NCBI GenBank assembly: GCA_000934665.2
Contig: KZ538010.1
Coordinates: 124,001-159,075 of the forward strand
DNA length: 35,075 bases
From: Catajapyx aquilonaris
Taxonomy: Eukaryota
Direction of reading: 5' to 3'
Positions 11,201 to 23,200 of this stretch are shown here, piece after piece. The stretch's first letter is position 1. Each line of letters opens with the position of its first letter. The notes under the pieces were generated by a model. It saw nothing but the letters and a program-made list of their open reading frames with translations. It ran no database searches and had not been told where the DNA came from. Made by a program: the position numbers and the translations under genes.

Positions 11201-14200
11201 AGTCGGAGACGACCTAACTCTGCTTCTATGTAATCTGTGTCAGCCAGTGGCCCTGGTTTAGTTCCCTGCAACTATAACTTACACATTAAAAATGCAGAAT
11301 TATGCACGCATGCAACGATTTCTTCACATGGTATTCACTTTCTGCTGAGGAATTCTTTCCTGACCTGGTGTTGCTTCATGTCATGGCCATGTCGCTTTTG
11401 GAATTTGGGGCGTCATTTCTGCAATTTGCGTGGACATGGATTGATGATCAAGACGATTAAGAGCTCGTTCAGAGGGGAAAGGTTCAACTTTAATTGTGTT
11501 GTCAATTGTTGAGTGAAGACGTGAAGTTTTCATCGCAAGTTGGAACAATAGTGAAAGGAAATGCGTTTCGCAATTGCGAGTTAAGTATGGGGAATGTGCA
11601 TCTCACCATTTTTACCATTGCACTTACTGGTTGTGACACTTGAGTGTCCATGTGAGATTCACTTGAGGCTGCAATTATTGTTCCGATTGGTCAACACGGT
11701 GAAGATGCTCTTCTGATTGGTTTAATGAACTGTAGTAGTACCAGTAGCATCAGTGATGCTCTCAATAGGCTCGAATTTACGGAGGTCTCGTCCCCCTTGC
11801 ATTGTTGTCTGAATGCTGCTTCCGTTCAAGGTGGTTTGGAGAAGTGATGGTTAGTTGTTTTGTTTCATTTTGCATGTGATTTGATCAGATAAAATATTTT
11901 TCATTTTACTGGGCTGCACTGTACAAGTGTTTTTCCTATACACTCACTGCACAGTACATTTTGATCTGTCTTGTGTTACTCAAGAGCCATGTGGTATCCC
12001 AAGATTTCCACAAGCCCACACAAAATAAATGGGCTCCCATCACTCAGTGAAGGGTCATTATGCAGACAAGACACAGAGCATAGATTTGCATCAGACCACA
12101 ACATTGCCACTTTGTACCCTTATTATGTACTTGAATAACCATAACCTGGATCAGCCCCCACGCATGACCACACTGCATATGCATACACGCATATTTTAGT
12201 CAAGGCCAACCCCGTCTAGCCTTGATAGACCATCATGGACGGGTAAAGGAACTCGGGTGTAGAATCCTCCACTTCTGTCCTGGCTGCAACATTGGTCGCA
12301 GCCCCGAAGGAGTGGAACCAATCGCCAGAAGGTGGTGGCGGGTTCCCCCACACCCATGCACTACCCCACCCTACCCTCCAGGCTGAGTATACACAGTGTG
12401 TGTGTGTGTGAGGGGTAGGTGAAAGGGTTGAGGATGGTGCCCAGTGAAAGTGAGCCGGTGGTTGGGTGCGGTGGTAGGTAGGTGCGCCTCCTTGGGATGA
12501 CAATGCTAGGGAAGAGCGCGCGGTTGGAGAGAGACCTTCAGATTGCGGTTTGGGTGGCAGAAACCGTGTGTCTCGTGGGAGGCTGTTGCAAAGTGGTGCT
12601 TCCGTTGTGTGCGTACGGATGCTGCTGGAAAGTGGTGCGGTTTTAGGATCGCGATTTCGGAGGGTTCGCGACTAGGATGCACCCCCTCCAAGTCCTGATT
12701 ATGCGTCGACATGTACTGATTGTGTACTGAAAGTAGTGCCCTATTTAAATCTTAACAAATTGGGCTGCATATTGGTTACGTGGGCGGTTTATCGCCTTGT
12801 TTAGAGCGGAAACTCCTTGTTGATAGCTAAGCCCAATTTGACGTACGCATACGGTTGTTGTGCGTACCGGGCACATATCAACGGCACATATGTGTCCGGG
12901 GTAGATTTCAGTAGCTGGTAGCCCCCATTATAATCAGTGCAACCGGTTGTTGCTCTCACGTAATTTAGTGTCACCGCGCACATAAACACCGTCGGGGTCG
13001 TCTCCTTGTCCCATTTCGCCTTGTACGGACGTCCGATTCTGAATCACACATGGTCCCACCGAAACTTGATTGAGTCGAGCTGACAAGTGATTGGAAAGTT
13101 GGCATGTGGGCTGAGGTGTGTTACAAGGCTACGTTTCTATGTAGATAAACAGTGTTGTGGTAGCGGCCTTGGGGTACGGACGATGTGCCTGTGAGAGGCA
13201 GCAGTCGTGGTCGGTTGGGCGACGATGTTGGGTGCCTTCGAGAGCTCCCTCCGAGGCGGGAGGGACCCGGTGTCGCCCAAGATGCACTGTGCCTGCACCG
13301 GGGCGCATCATGGTGCTGGGGTGTCCAAGGGGAAGGTCACCCCCAGGAAGAGTCCTAGACCTGCCACCTTGAGGTTGAGTCCGGTTCCGAGTGATTCGGA
13401 CAGTGGAAGGGGACGGTCTTTGTCGACGTCACCATGCTCGTCGACGTCCTCAGGGTCCTCCAAGATTCATTTTCCGGGGACAACGAAGAAGGTCAGGAGG
13501 CAGTTGCCGTTGCCGCCAGTGCAGACAGTGTTGAGGAAACCGGGAGGGAGTGCGCCGTACCATGATTTGGATCGGTTGTTGGCGAGTAAGGCGCACAAGG
13601 GCTTTAAGGTAAAAATTTTTTATGGCGTATTCAGTGGTTATGTACTGAAGATGTACGCGGTGCTCAGTACAAAACGTAACGACCTTTCCCTTGAAACGGC
13701 CGATTGATATCAGCACATGGTGATACACCTGAGTGATTTCTGCACGCATGTTCAACCCTTGAGAACCGACTAACCCATTAAGCAACAATGACCCCTTGCG
13801 TTTTTCGGAATCAGTTTTTGAATGGGAACGGTTGAGTTTCTCCCATATGTTCCTTCAGGTGTAAAAGTGACCTCCGCCGGATGGAGGTTGGTTTGTAGGC
13901 AACCTAGAGGTCAATCGTCATTAGCTACTCTTTAGTGGAGATTTCATGCTGAAATCGACACGGAATAGTGCAGGTTTCTCTTTTGTGTACTGTAAGCATG
14001 GTTGCCGTTGACCACATATGATCGTGGCTTCTACCCTTTTGTCCCCAGCGTGTATGTATAAATAGGTGGCCATATTGGGAGGTCACATTTGAATATAATG
14101 GAATCGTGGGGTAGCAGAACTGTGGGATATTAGGGACGGATATGCTGGGTCTCACCAGCCTGACTTGGAAGATTGCCCTGGGCTGAATCATATGTTCACA

Positions 14201-17200
14201 TACAATAAATTAGCGAATAGTGGCACGGGCTAATTTTTTCAAGTTGTTTTTTTGTGGTAATACTGCGTGTGAAATGCCTGTGGGTGAAAAGTATCAGGTT
14301 TGCCTGGTGGAAGGTGTGATTGCAGGGTTGGTTTGGTAAATGGCAACAGTGGCAGCGATAGGCCTTGTTAACAGCAGAAATATACGAGGCCCTCATATAA
14401 CGTGGACCTGCTAATTGCCAGTTTGCAAATATGGGAAGACTACCTGGCAAGAATTTCGCTTAGAAAGTAAGGTTAAAGCGATGTTTTTTTTTTTTTTTTT
14501 TGGACAGAGTTTACGTTGCGTCATGTGCTTCTTGACATAAGGGTCGTTTTGGTGTTACTTGTGGATGACCGGTTTGGATATTTATGGATATGCCATGCTT
14601 TGGTGCCATGTAGTCGGCTTGTGAAATTCCTGCGAGTAAAATATTTGAAGGTTAACTTTAATCAAGCTGCTTCAACAGTTGCACTTGAGGAATAGGTAAA
14701 AGCAGGAACATACACGTGCTGTATGTTCCTGGTGAAAATGCATTTTATGGAGAGGAAATTTTGGCACTTTTTCAAAAACCAGAGGCCAAGACCATCTCTT
14801 AGGAACAATTTATTTTCACTTTATTGGTCTAGGAAAAGGAGGAAGCAATCCCATCTCAGAAGTGATTTACCCTCGGATTTGCCACTTTTATTGTGGGTAA
14901 TAATGCATTGCTAACCAGTTCCAGTACCCATTAAGCTTAGGGCTATTACCATGCAGTAATCAGATTTGTTTTGTAACTTTTGAAATGCGATTTTAGATAG
15001 GTTTTGCTTTCCAAGGACTTGTGGCAATTTTATAATGGAAGTTTAACTGATAATGTACAGTGAAAAAGTAAAGCTCAGTTTTACTATATTTTGGCAATTT
15101 TTAATTTGGCAAGTTTTCTGATTAAATATCACCATAGGGGACAACAGAAACCTGAGATAATTATTTAAATTTTTATGGTAATTGTGGTGATGGTTAATTT
15201 TAGGAGTTGCCGAAATTCTTTAAAGTTGTTCACTACAACCATATTTAATGAAATTATGTCCAAAATCACGGTTGGCCCATATTTTATCATATTTGAAGGT
15301 ATTGTAACTGGTATTGTAAAATAATTTATTTTATTACACAGACTCATAGAGAATCCCTTTAGTCAATAATATTCAACTTTAAAATTGGGCATTTTGTTTT
15401 CTGAAATTATTTTAAAAATTATTAAAAGTCACCTTGTGGGCACCCAAATGGCCATCATCATCTCTGCCATTAACAGTTGGATTTTTGACATAAGTCACTC
15501 TTACATTTTAGACTTGTAATAGGGCAAAGAGTACCCTGGTAGAAAATTGATGAGTTCTGACTCACTCTGTAGAGCATAACCTCAAGTAATGTGATTGGTA
15601 ATGACAAATTCTCTCTCTTTTTTTTAAATGTGTGTGTTTATGCAGGGAGCTACAGAAAGATGAATAAGTACTCGATGGACACATGTATTGGCTGAGCAGC
15701 AATATTTTCTCTCACAACTTCTTACCTTTCCATTCGACTCCACATAAGTGAAACTAAATGACTTCAAAGAAATGGAAAAATGCCTCGAGTTATGGATGAC
15801 TTCAGTTAGACTCCTGAAAATAATTATATGACTGCAAAATTTGCCAAGGACATTTTTGTTTTCACACTGCCTCGTGATAAATATAGCCTCCCAAAATTTA
15901 CATTACGGTACTTCATGTTAGGGTGAAAAAAGTGTGACACGTCAGCGATATGTGTATGTGAAGATTGTTGTTTTTAATTTACTTTTCTATCACGAGCAAT
16001 GAACACAGGATCACATGGAACCTCTCGTGTTTCACACCGCAAGTTTTGGTCTGCCTTTAACTCTTGCTCTAAAACACATTCTTGGATTTGGCACAAGGAA
16101 ACAAAACAATGCATAAATTTTATGGTACGTTATTGCCATCAGTTCGAGTTGAGGAGAACTTGCATTACAGAAATTGACTCATGGAAGTAGCATTCCTATT
16201 ACTATTCATCGTGACCAACCAATGTTGGAATTTCTTCGACTTCAGGATGTTCGAGTTATGGAAGTTCCATTGTGTAACTCTGGCAAAGTAATATATTTCA
16301 ATAACAAAGACAAATTCCAACCCACAAGAATGTCTGGAGAGGAGTGGCTTCCATTCATACACAAAAGGTCACTTGAAGGGTGGAGTGCCTTGCAGCTATG
16401 CTCATAATCTTTTTAAATTGGCAGGCCAAATCAGAAGAACAGGTGGTGAGTGAGCGGGCCTGGCTTGACTCTGAGAGGGTGTGGCTGTTGCACCGGGGAG
16501 GATTTGCTGCTGCCCACCTTGTGAATGGGGAACAGGAAGACTCCTCCGATGGCCGAGTCTGCCTTCGACTGGATGCTACTGATGAGCTTGTTGAGGTGGA
16601 CGAAGATGACGTCGAAAAGGTATTTGCGAGTTGGTCAGTCAGTGTGGCAGGTCACATAAATGCTGTTATTTTCAGGCTAACCCACCCCAGTTTGACATGG
16701 CAGAGGACCTCTCCCACCTGCCTTACCTTACTGAGTCAAGTGTCCTGCACACTTTGCGCCAGAGGTATGGGGCCAGCCTGGTGCACACATATGCGGGCCC
16801 CACCATGGTGGTGCTCAACCCAATGTCTGCACCAGTCAGCTACTCAGAAAAGGTCATGCAAATGTTCCGGGGTTGCAAGGCAGAGGATATGCCTCCACAC
16901 ATCTATTCAGTAGCACAGACGGCATACAGGAACATGCTGGCCACACGATCTGATCAAGCCATTGCATTGCTGGGGAGAAGCGGCAGTGGGAAGACCACTA
17001 ACTTCAGGCATTTACTGCACTATCTCGTTCACCTCACCAGTGCCTCTAACAAGGTTGTTACAGGTGAGAAGTAATATATTGCAATCCAATAGGCTGATAG
17101 GTTGTTTTATATTGAGTGTTGCTTGGAAGATAAATTGTAACTGATCTTTTCTCCTACCAGTTGAGAAGGTGACTGCTGCTACCACTCTCCTGGAGACATT

Positions 17201-20200
17201 TGGCAACAGCCGTACAGTGATGAACGTAAATGCCACTCGCTTCACCCAGATATTCAGTCTGGACTTTGACAATGCTGGTTTGGTGGCTTCAGCCTCTGTC
17301 CAGCTTTTTCTGCTGGAGAAGAGTCGCGTGGCCCGCAGACCAGAGGGAGAGCCAAATTTCCATGTGTTCTACCAGCTGCTGGCAGGTGTCCAGGGTCCAC
17401 TCAGGAAAGAGCTGCTGTTGGATGGTCCACTGGAGCCCAGCCTGTTTGCTACACCACCCCAGAAGGCAGAGGAGAGGCAGAGGGCTGCCTTGGCTTGGGG
17501 CAGGCTAGTGGGCTCCATGCAGGTGCTGGGTGTCACTGAATCAGAAGCAAAAGCAGTGTGGTCTGTGTTGGCAGCAATATATCACCTTGGATCAGCTGGT
17601 GCCACACGAAATCATGGAGGGAAGCCATATTTTATCCACCCACAAGCAGCACAGAAAGCAGCCACACTACTTGGGACCAGTGTAGAGGAGCTTGGCAGGG
17701 CTATATTCCAAGGAGGTGGGTCCACACCAACATTGGCAGTGCCATCCCCATCCCACTCTGGTGGGGGTGAAGCAGCGGCAGATGGACTGGAAATGCTCGA
17801 GGCCATGGTCATTGGATTGTATGGTGAGGTGGTAGCCTCTCTTGTGGCATTGGTCAACCGGGCCATCTTGAGCCCTGTTCAGGTGGCTTCCTCCATATTG
17901 GTGGTGGACTGCCCTGGGCTTCAGAATCCAGCCTCATGTGGGCGTCAGGGTGGAGCCACTTTCCAGGAGCTGTGCCACAACTATCTGCAGGAGCGCCTGC
18001 AAATGCTGTTCCATGATGTGACCTTTGTGAATCCGCAGGATCAGTATGCTCAAGAACAAGTTGATTGTAACTTTGAGGAAATGCGTGTTGGTGCTGGGGG
18101 TCCGGCACCCCTTGTCAGTTTAATGGACAGGCCCTCACAGACAGCTCTGGTCAGAACCTCGCAGACGGATCTCAAAGATGCAGACAGGCGAGGTCTCCTG
18201 TGGCTCCTTGATGAAGAAGCCATTTGTCCTGGAGCATCAGAAGAATCATTCCTGGAGAAGCTGCAAGCCATGTACAACGAAAGAGGTACGGTATGGTGAA
18301 ACTGGAAGAAATATTATTAATTGAGATGCTGATGAATATTGTGGTGAAACTACTTCATTTGATTGTGTGTGATTGATTTCTGATTTGTGTATATTGGTGT
18401 GGCCACATTTGACCAAATGGTTTTATTTTCAGAACATCAATACCTGTTCCGGCGTGGTCCTGGTCCCCGTCAGTTTGTTCTGCACCACTTCCAAGGCACA
18501 AACTCAGTGGTGTACACTATATCTGATTGGTTGAAGGCTGCTCAAGACAGTCCACTGATCAAGAGGGCTGCCACGCTACTTCATGAATCACAGCAGTGAG
18601 TTGAGCTGGAATTTATATTTATTAGAAAGGTGTTAAAGCATGGATTCTCTTGTTCAAGACTATCACTTGAATGTTTTACAATCACAATGTTAAAAATGCA
18701 TGAATCGAGCCTTTTTTGCATGGTATATGAAGTGTTTGTAGAACTTAAGTCCAATTTGTGAGCTGATAATTATTACTTAAGCACAATAATTTTCGACCAA
18801 AGTTCTGTTTGTCATGAAATGAGTTAGACATTTGTATTACACTCTCGTGTAATTTAAATTGCCAATTGAATAATTCTCTGCATTTATTAAACAGATTTCT
18901 CTTGATATTTGTAGAATTTATTTGAGGATACTGTAATTTATTTTTGGCTAAATAGAATATGCTACTGAGAAATGACTCTCACATTTTTTTTACAGCGAGA
19001 ACATTAGTGTCCTCTTCAACACAACGAGAGGTCCACTGGCTAGCACTTTAAGCAGTTCTGTGGTAGGGATGGAAGGAACTCACTCCCTCAGAAGAGTATC
19101 TAGCATAAGGCGGACTTTCACAACAGGAACAGCAGGAATAAAGAGAAAATCTGTTCCATTGCAAGTCAAGTTCCAAGTGGTAAGTTCATTAAAATTTGAG
19201 TTTATACCTAGTGATTAAACATTTATATGCCTGACAGGAGTTGGATGGAGACCATTGAACTCTTACTGCATGCCCACCTGTCAGAAATGTATTTCATTAC
19301 ACTCATTAGTGTGCATCTTCAGTCAGTCTACCTTTTCTGTAACAAATTACTAATGGAAATTTATTGTTTTACAGGATGGGCTCATTGAGACGCTTCGTAG
19401 AGCTCGAGTTCGCTTTGTCCACTGCTTCCTTCCCCAGCACAACGCAGGCCTTTGTGAATTGAAGGGCACACCATTGATGACACAGAGGGGGCAAGACGGA
19501 CTTATGAATGTGCCTCTGCTCCGATCACAGGTGCGTTGTGATTAGTAAAATGTGTGTTAAAATTCAGTGCGGTTAAAAAAGAAGAGGAATAATAAAATTT
19601 ATTGTGGGCAATTCTGGATCCAAAATATACCAGCACTGATCCTGGCAATTTGACTTGTCTGCATTTTAGGTGTTGTATCTTACAATGAATTTGGAACTCT
19701 TTTCAGCTTCGAGGAGCCCAGATTCTGGAGGCAGTTCGAGTCCACAAGCAGGGCTTTCCTGAGAGTCTTCCGTTTGCAGAGTTTCGCAGGAGATTTCATC
19801 TTCTGGCGCCCTCCGAGGCAAGGCAGAAGGTTCCTTGGGGCTCAGTCCTGGATGAGAGGAAGGCAGCTGAGGAGCTCGTCCAATACTTGGATGTGGAGAG
19901 GAGTTGTGTTCGAGTTGGCCTCAGTCGGGTATGATAATAAGCAATCCTGGTTACATTTTAAATGTGCTCAGATTGGTAATTAATTATTGGCTGCTTTATT
20001 GCAGATCTTTTTCCGACCGAGCATCCTAGCACAACTAGAAGCTCAAAGGGATCAGCAATTGCAGGGAAGGGTTATTGAATTCCAGGCCATTTGCAGAGGG
20101 TACCTCTCTAGGAAACAGTTTGCAAAGCGAAAGGTGAGGCCACATTGGTATTTCAAAGTAATTATTGCAGAGTTGTTGTATGTAAATGAGATAACTTTCA

Positions 20201-23200
20201 GGTCCAAGATATGGCTGTGCGCTGCATTCAGCGCAACGTGAGGAAGTTTATGATGGTTCGAGACTGGCCCTGGTGGCGTCTCCTGGTGAGGGTGTCACCT
20301 CTTCTAAATGTCCACAGGACCGAGCAGGAGCTGAGGACCAAAACGGTATTAGCATTTATGCATTAATCTCTAGACATGGCTCCATGCATCTGACAAGGGA
20401 ATTTCACACATTGTAGATGGATTTTCTGAATGAAACTTGGCACAATAATATATGCAGGTAAGTCATTCACCAAAATGCAAACCGTTTTGGCTGAGGTCAA
20501 AAATTATGACCTCTCTAAGTCATCCCAGACAGTTTACCTAAACTGGAAGGGCAGATGAACTGGCAGATGAAAAGAAACATAGAAAATTAGCATTTATGCA
20601 TGTTTTTAATTATGTGTTCAAAACAAAATAAATATGAATTCTAAGGTGTCGAAAAACCTATATTTTCATATGCGATTCATGCCAGGTATGTGACAAGTAG
20701 CTCTAGACATTATGATGACAAGAAGTTTTTCTTGACATAGTCGTACACGTGTGTATCCGTGGATCTGTTTATGACATGCCTGGTACAAATAGAGCATGAA
20801 AAGGTAGGTTTCCGACACCTTAGAATCCATGTTTGCTGTCAAAAATACTAAAAGAGACATCCTGAAAAAAGTTCCAGGATTATTTTAGAAGGTCCACTAG
20901 ATTGGGAATGTGGTCTTCCTTATCTGCCTCCCTCCGTGGACTGCCCAAACCCGTGCAATGTTGCCATTTAGAGCTCTGCGGATCAGAGTAATTAGCCCTT
21001 TCTTATGATGTAATAAAATGTCTTCTTTTTTGAGCTCAATATCTGAAACTTTGCTCGTAAGGTAAGCTGTCCAGGATGACTTCGAGAGGTCGTATATTTT
21101 GACCTTGTAGCGCTCAGCCGAAATGGTTTGCATTTTGGTGAATGACTTACTTGCTTTTATTATGGTGCCTAGTTTCATTCAGCAAATCCGTCTACATATT
21201 CATGAAGTTCCCTTGCAAGTCACAATATGTTGGTTGAATTGTGACCAACTTTTTCAAAGTTTGCATTTGTTTCTCCCACACATTTCTTAAGCTCACTCTG
21301 CAAGACAATTTGATTGACTATGAATCCATTTCTGACTTAATGACTGAGGGAAGTGAAACATGTGGCATCCTTTGATGAGGGCAACATGCTGGAGATGGGA
21401 ATAATGTGACTTTGAATAATACCTAAGTGCCAGATTTGAAATTAATTTGAACAATGAATGCCAGAGTCAGATGTTGGCCCTGCTGCATAATACAGTTGAC
21501 TGGCTATAACAGCCTCAGCTACAACGTACACTTTGTTATAGCAGACTTGAAAGGCTGGTCCCGCCATATTTCCACCTGTGGCTTGTGCATTAGGCTATAA
21601 TAGACCTCCGTTATATCTCACTGATTTACGCATTACCTTGAAATCCGTTATATCTGGAGTCTACTGTATGAAGCCTTCCAGGAACACTCACTTTTGAGTG
21701 TCTGAACCTCTGAAACCAGTTATGAATGGGGCCATATTCAGTCATATGAACATGTACATTGGTGTGCTGATGAATGGACATGTTTTTTCACATGTTTAAA
21801 AAATTTGAATGTATGCACCGTCAGTGTCACTTAGCCAGTGGCTTGTAATTTATTCCTTGCTTATTTATATGTATTTTTGTACCTGCAGGAGGAACTGGAG
21901 ACGCTTCGTGCAAAGCTAGACAAACTGGAAAAAGAAAGGAATCAGTTGAAATATGACACCGATCGACTGGAAACGAAGGTAATACTTGCGTGTCCTTTAT
22001 GACCTTACTGTGCTAAAGGCAAAGTAGCATAATTAGACTGATACTATTGCATGATTGTTTTTCCATTTCCTGCCAAGATGCCTTCTCAGTGTACTTTGAG
22101 GTTGATCCAAAAATTCAAGTGGTTTTATGCTTCGGGACTACATGTGTTCGCATTTGAAAAGCATTGTGTGCAGGGCTCCGAAGAAAATTAGCCTGCCATG
22201 AAATTATGGCACAACTGTCACCCCTGCTAGGTTGGGGTACACATTTCCACATCATGTAGTCTGTGACTGTAACATGAGGAGCTAAATGCGTGCTCCACTT
22301 GGAACCACACCAAGTCAGTGCTTGGCATTCAGCCAACTTGTGTAAATTTCGGTTCTGGGGATTCTATACTTGAAAGTGGTGGGAGTGTGCGTGAAATTGT
22401 ACAGAAGTCCAGGTGGCAGTGGGATGGGTTTCCCAAGAAAATCTTAAGGCTACACATGGCCCTCGAATGCAAAAAAATGTTGGTTCAGAAGCATTGGGAA
22501 ATAAGTGGTTGACCTTGTGGCTCACATGGTGCAGTGACTTGGAACGTCTCATTGGTCTACTGTCCTGGTTGATGTCCCTCCTGAATGACACGAACTGAAG
22601 CATAACGGCTTTTTGGCATCACAAAATGAGTGGGCAGTGTCAGGATAAGAAAGAGTGGGAAATTTGGCAAGGGCCCGCAAGACTAGCCCGGAAATAGGCA
22701 AGGGTTCCAGCCGGCCAGTGACAGTTTTACGAGCATGCCAGGGAGGCCTTTGTTTTCACCCACCTCCTCCCGCCCCGGATCTCACCTTTCTTCCTTCCGG
22801 TACTGAGCGGGTGAAGGCAGCGGCCCCCAGCCAACAACCTCCTCCAGCTGGCACTACCTCAAAGCTGCCCAGAGCTTCCTCTTCACTCCTGTCTCTGGTG
22901 CATTGCCAGTTGTTTTACAGCTTGGAGGTCACTCTTCTTTTCCCTGTCTATCGCACCGCCCCAGCCTTCGGGCCGCTCAGTCGTTTTCAAGCTTTGGTGC
23001 TAGTGACAAACCATAGGCAACCAAGAGTCCGCAATGGATCGTGTTCGACCTTTGCCCCTTCCCATCCCCCGATCTTCCCCTGGTCGTGGGTCACTTGGAG
23101 GTGCTCCCCAGTACATTCACCCACCAAACCCAGGGTTGCCCCCATTGCCTCCCAGGAACATGCGTCCAGTACGTCCACCCACACCACCCAGGGCATCTCG

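Noticed and set aside
12503..12646. 47-aa Cys-rich hydrophobic small ORF with an internal GCCKVV/GCCWKVV duplication
   Set aside because: No splice, promoter or homology evidence; could arise by chance in GT-rich sequence
15646..15670. Good-looking acceptor (tgtgtgtttatgcAG) as a myosin microexon
   Set aside because: No downstream donor giving a phase-0 join to exon 3 without a stop
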